NCBI GenBank assembly: GCA_903945435.1
Contig: CAJAVM010000001.1
Span: forward strand, 9,071-73,070
DNA: 64,000 nucleotides
Reading direction: 5' to 3'
Source: an uncultured bacterium
Lineage (GTDB): Bacteria > Patescibacteriota > Patescibacteriia > Patescibacteriales > UBA12465
Position numbers and translations under genes: made by a program. The notes under the pieces are model-generated. The model was not told the origin of the DNA. It saw only the letters and a program-made list of their open reading frames with translations, and did not search any database. Below are positions 60,952 to 64,000 of the stretch, piece by piece. Position 1 is the first letter of the stretch; every line of letters starts with the position of its first letter.

Positions 60952-61935
60952 ATGAAAATTAATTTATTTAAATCAATTGTAATATTCGCTTTCATAACAC
61001 TTTTTTCTGGTGTAATTTTATTAACTCAACCCTATACCGCTTACAGTGCCAATGTTCTAGAATTTACTCCACAAATTCCAATTCCTGGAATGGGGAATTC
61101 TTCAGCTGTTGGGAAAGAGGTAAACGGGGTAATGCAGAGTGATTTATTAGCACGATATATTAAAGCTGTTTACGATTACGGCTTAGCCGCCGCTGGTGTT
61201 TTAGCGGCTATTGTGTTAATGGGGGCCGGCCTTATCTGGCTAACTTCGGGAGGCAATGAATCAAAAATTACTCAAGCTAAAGATTTAATTGCTGGAAGTA
61301 TTACTGGTCTCATTATTTTATTTGGCGCCTGGATGTTACTTAATACTGTTAATCCAGAATTACTTAAATTAAGAGCAATAAGCCTTACAAGATTAACAGC
61401 TGATCAAGATTATTTAATATCTAGCTTAAAAAATGCTCCTACAGATTTAAAGTACGGCTGGATTTGCATGACTGGAGATTATCAGAGATGTGAAGATAAC
61501 AATCCCCCATCTATTAATCTTGATAATAATATTTGCCGTACTGGAGGAGCGTCAATAAATGCAGAGCCAAGTAATGCAGAATGTCCTTATAATCGGAAAA
61601 AATGCTGCGGACAAAGTAACAGTGTTACTCAAATGGCCGATAACTTTTGTCAAAATAAAAGTGATTATACTCCCTGTTCTATTAACACAACTGCAGTTGT
61701 TAAAGGATATTGCTATCAAAAAAAGTGTATCAATACTAAATTGTGTTGCCAATGTGGACAAGGAGGCGTAGGTGGCGTTTATTTGTACGTAACTTGTAGA
61801 AATGACGTTACTCTGAGCGAATGCTCTAGCTGGTGTATAAATGGCTGGGTAGGCTCAGCTTGGTTAGGATATGTAGGCGGTAGCGAATCATATTCTTGCG
61901 CGGGCGGAGCTATGAGTTATTGTCGAACAAAATAA
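60952..61935 (+). CDS. CPR-type pilin (TrbC/VirB2-like) with Cys-rich C-terminal extension
   Basis: LARYI..VY.Y, G..WLTSGG....I..AK..I...I.GL, L...NP.L, then many Cys. Confidence 0.8.
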   Translation: MKINLFKSIVIFAFITLFSGVILLTQPYTAYSANVLEFTPQIPIPGMGNSSAVGKEVNGVMQSDLLARYIKAVYDYGLAAAGVLAAIVLMGAGLIWLTSGGNESKITQAKDLIAGSITGLIILFGAWMLLNTVNPELLKLRAISLTRLTADQDYLISSLKNAPTDLKYGWICMTGDYQRCEDNNPPSINLDNNICRTGGASINAEPSNAECPYNRKKCCGQSNSVTQMADNFCQNKSDYTPCSINTTAVVKGYCYQKKCINTKLCCQCGQGGVGGVYLYVTCRNDVTLSECSSWCINGWVGSAWLGYVGGSESYSCAGGAMSYCRTK

Positions 61936-61937
61936 TT

Positions 61938-62813
61938 ATGAATACAAAAAATAAAAATAAATTTCTTTCACCCGGTCATAACGCTTGTTCTGGCTGCGGG
62001 CAATTATCAGCGGTTCATGCTGTAATGCGAGGATTAACCCCCGATACTATAATTGCTAATGCAACTGGTTGCTTAGAAGTAACTACAACGGCTTATCCTC
62101 AAACTTCTTGGGGGCTGCCCTGGATACATTCTTTATTTGAGAACGCCTCTTCGGTTGCATCAGGAATTAGAGCGGCTTTAGATAAACAGGGCAACCATAC
62201 AACAAAAGTTTTAGTTCAAGCTGGAGACGGCGGGACTTATGATATTGGACTAGGGCTGATTAGTGGAATGTGGGAAAGAGGGGAAAACATTTTATACATT
62301 TGTTACGATACCGAATCATATTCTAATACTGGAATTCAAGCTTCTGGTTCAACTCCTTATGGCGCCGCAACTACAACTACTCCAAACGGCGAAAAATCAG
62401 TTGGCTCAACTCAAGTAAAAAAAGATATGCTAGCCATCGCTTTAGCGCATGGTTTAAAATATGTTGCCCAAACAGCAGCTGGCTTTCCTGATGACATAAC
62501 TAACAAAGTAAAAAAAGCTTTAGCCGTTTCTGGTCCAGCTTATATTCAAATTCTCAGTCCTTGTATTCCTGGCTGGAAAATAAATTATGACGAAGCGGCA
62601 ATGATGGGGAAACTAGCCGTTAAAACTGGACTATATCCGATTTTAGAATATACAAACGGGAAATTAAGTGCATCTAGTATTAATGCAAACTTTAAAGCAG
62701 AGCCGGTAAACACCTACCTAAAAGGTCAGGGGCGCTTTAAACATTTAACCGAGGAAGATATAAAACATATTCAAAGCCTTGCTGAAGAAAATATTAAAAA
62801 ATATAGAATATAA
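61938..62813 (+). CDS. porB: Oxidoreductase beta subunit (TPP-binding)
   Basis: GH.AC.GCG, ATGCLEV, GDGGTYDIG, Y.NTG.Q.S, SPC; start at ATG 61938. Confidence 0.94.
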   Translation: MNTKNKNKFLSPGHNACSGCGQLSAVHAVMRGLTPDTIIANATGCLEVTTTAYPQTSWGLPWIHSLFENASSVASGIRAALDKQGNHTTKVLVQAGDGGTYDIGLGLISGMWERGENILYICYDTESYSNTGIQASGSTPYGAATTTTPNGEKSVGSTQVKKDMLAIALAHGLKYVAQTAAGFPDDITNKVKKALAVSGPAYIQILSPCIPGWKINYDEAAMMGKLAVKTGLYPILEYTNGKLSASSINANFKAEPVNTYLKGQGRFKHLTEEDIKHIQSLAEENIKKYRI

Positions 62814-62815
62814 GT

Positions 62816-64000
62816 ATGCGTTTAGCGATTCTTAAAAAAAATACAGTTATTAAATTCGCGAGTTTAATTTTTCTGTTTGTTTTATTATCGCCAACCTTAG
62901 TTTCGGCCGCGGCTTGCCAATGGGAAGTCCTTACCATCAGTTCGAGCCCTAGTATGATTGGAGGAGGAACTACTTATTCTGGCGGTTGTAAAGCCAACCA
63001 AGGTTATACTCAAGATAATACGGGAGGATGTGCTGGTATTACAAAACCAGAAACTACTTCTATGCTTGGACAAATGGCAATTTGTTGTTGCCAACCAAAA
63101 AGTGGGGCAAGCGTTCCTTCTAAGGCTCCTAAATTTGAAATTCCTGATTTACAAGTAAGCCTTACCGGTTTAACCCTAACTCAACCGAAATGTGTACAAG
63201 GAACAAATGGAGAATATACTTGCAAAGTAAACTGGCTAGGAGAATATATAACTTGGATTTATAACTATGCCTTAAAAGTTGCCGGCATTCTAGCGGCGAT
63301 TGTGATGATGGCCGGAGGCGTGATGTGGTTAATTTCTGGCGGTGATGCAGGAAAAGTTGGCCAAGCTAAAGAAATGATAATTGGTAGCATCACTGGACTT
63401 ATTATTCTCTTCTCTTCTTATTTATTATTAATCCAAATAAATCCTGATTTAGTAAATTTCCGGCCAATAACCATCGGCGCTTTAAGCGACCAACAGGTAA
63501 GCAGTTTAATAGACTCAAAAAATGGCGGCTTGTCGGATACTTATCGTAATGCAAACTGTGCGACTGATCAAGAGTTAAAAAATGGGGTAGACTTCTATGC
63601 AACTGGCTATTGCCGTCCTACTTGGGCCGATACTAAGAAATTTTATTGTGCAATCGCCATGAACTGCTCTTGTCCTGGAGGTGATGCTGGAGTGGATACA
63701 TCTCAAAATTGTGATGAGTTTTTTCCCAAGTTTAAAAATTATCACCCTTGTAAACCATTTACTAAAGATACTAGTTACTGCAATGCAACCAAGAGCGGAA
63801 CTCCTCCAGGTCCCGGAACTATTGCTGGACCAATAAAATGCGGAAACTTATCGCTCGGGGATAAAGTTTGTTTTAACGGAAAAAATTATACTATTACTGA
63901 CTCTGGAGGAGCTATTGAGGGGAAAAGAATTGATATCTGGACGGGAGATTGTTCAGGTGCTAGCTCCGTAACCGGTACAGGAGTTTTAACAAAAGGCGCC
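62816..64000 (+). CDS. CPR-type pilin fused to a C-terminal 3D domain (runs off the window)
   Basis: Not in the ORF track because there is no stop. Manual translation: MRLAILKK...WLGEYITWIYNY...GGVMWLISGGD.GKV.QAKEMI...INPDL...FYATGYC...ATKSG...TIAGP...TDSGGAIEGKRIDIW. Confidence 0.82.
   Translation, partial: MRLAILKKNTVIKFASLIFLFVLLSPTLVSAAACQWEVLTISSSPSMIGGGTTYSGGCKANQGYTQDNTGGCAGITKPETTSMLGQMAICCCQPKSGASVPSKAPKFEIPDLQVSLTGLTLTQPKCVQGTNGEYTCKVNWLGEYITWIYNYALKVAGILAAIVMMAGGVMWLISGGDAGKVGQAKEMIIGSITGLIILFSSYLLLIQINPDLVNFRPITIGALSDQQVSSLIDSKNGGLSDTYRNANCATDQELKNGVDFYATGYCRPTWADTKKFYCAIAMNCSCPGGDAGVDTSQNCDEFFPKFKNYHPCKPFTKDTSYCNATKSGTPPGPGTIAGPIKCGNLSLGDKVCFNGKNYTITDSGGAIEGKRIDIWTGDCSGASSVTGTGVLTKGA

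Overview
AT-rich bacterial DNA using the standard code. Gene content (PrgI/VirB4/VirB6-like cluster, VirB2-type pilins, giant Cys-rich surface protein, tRNA-Arg(GCG)) suggests a Patescibacteria/CPR genome, probably Parcubacteria (inference). Left end: a small island at the 3' side of tRNA-Ser(TGA) with a HinP1I-like type II R-M pair. Next come hemerythrin, a CofE-like ligase, YhhQ, an AftA-like arabinofuranosyltransferase with a GtrA flippase, HIT, glmS, two GNATs, two tRNAs, recG, radA and a VirB4/PrgI cluster. The most striking region is 21.5-37.3 kb. It holds one stand-alone ATP-binding half of a PEP-synthase/rifampin-phosphotransferase (RPH)-type enzyme and eight diverged paralogs made of a variable helical domain plus an intact phospho-His swivel domain. 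Two of the eight carry an N-terminal winged-HTH and have operator-like TTGT-N7-ACAA boxes over their promoters. Three histidine-phosphatase-superfamily genes are interleaved. This looks like a split, modular 'one phospho-donor, many acceptors, several erasers' system, most of it tightly linked to an adenosine kinase-ahcY-metK-RibL-like cluster. The right part has a VirB6-like protein, a 2664-aa Cys-rich protein, rsmA, leuS, xth, DsbA and a pyruvate:ferredoxin oxidoreductase operon interleaved with two pilin genes, one fused to a 3D domain. All family calls come from motif recognition by eye; no searches were run.
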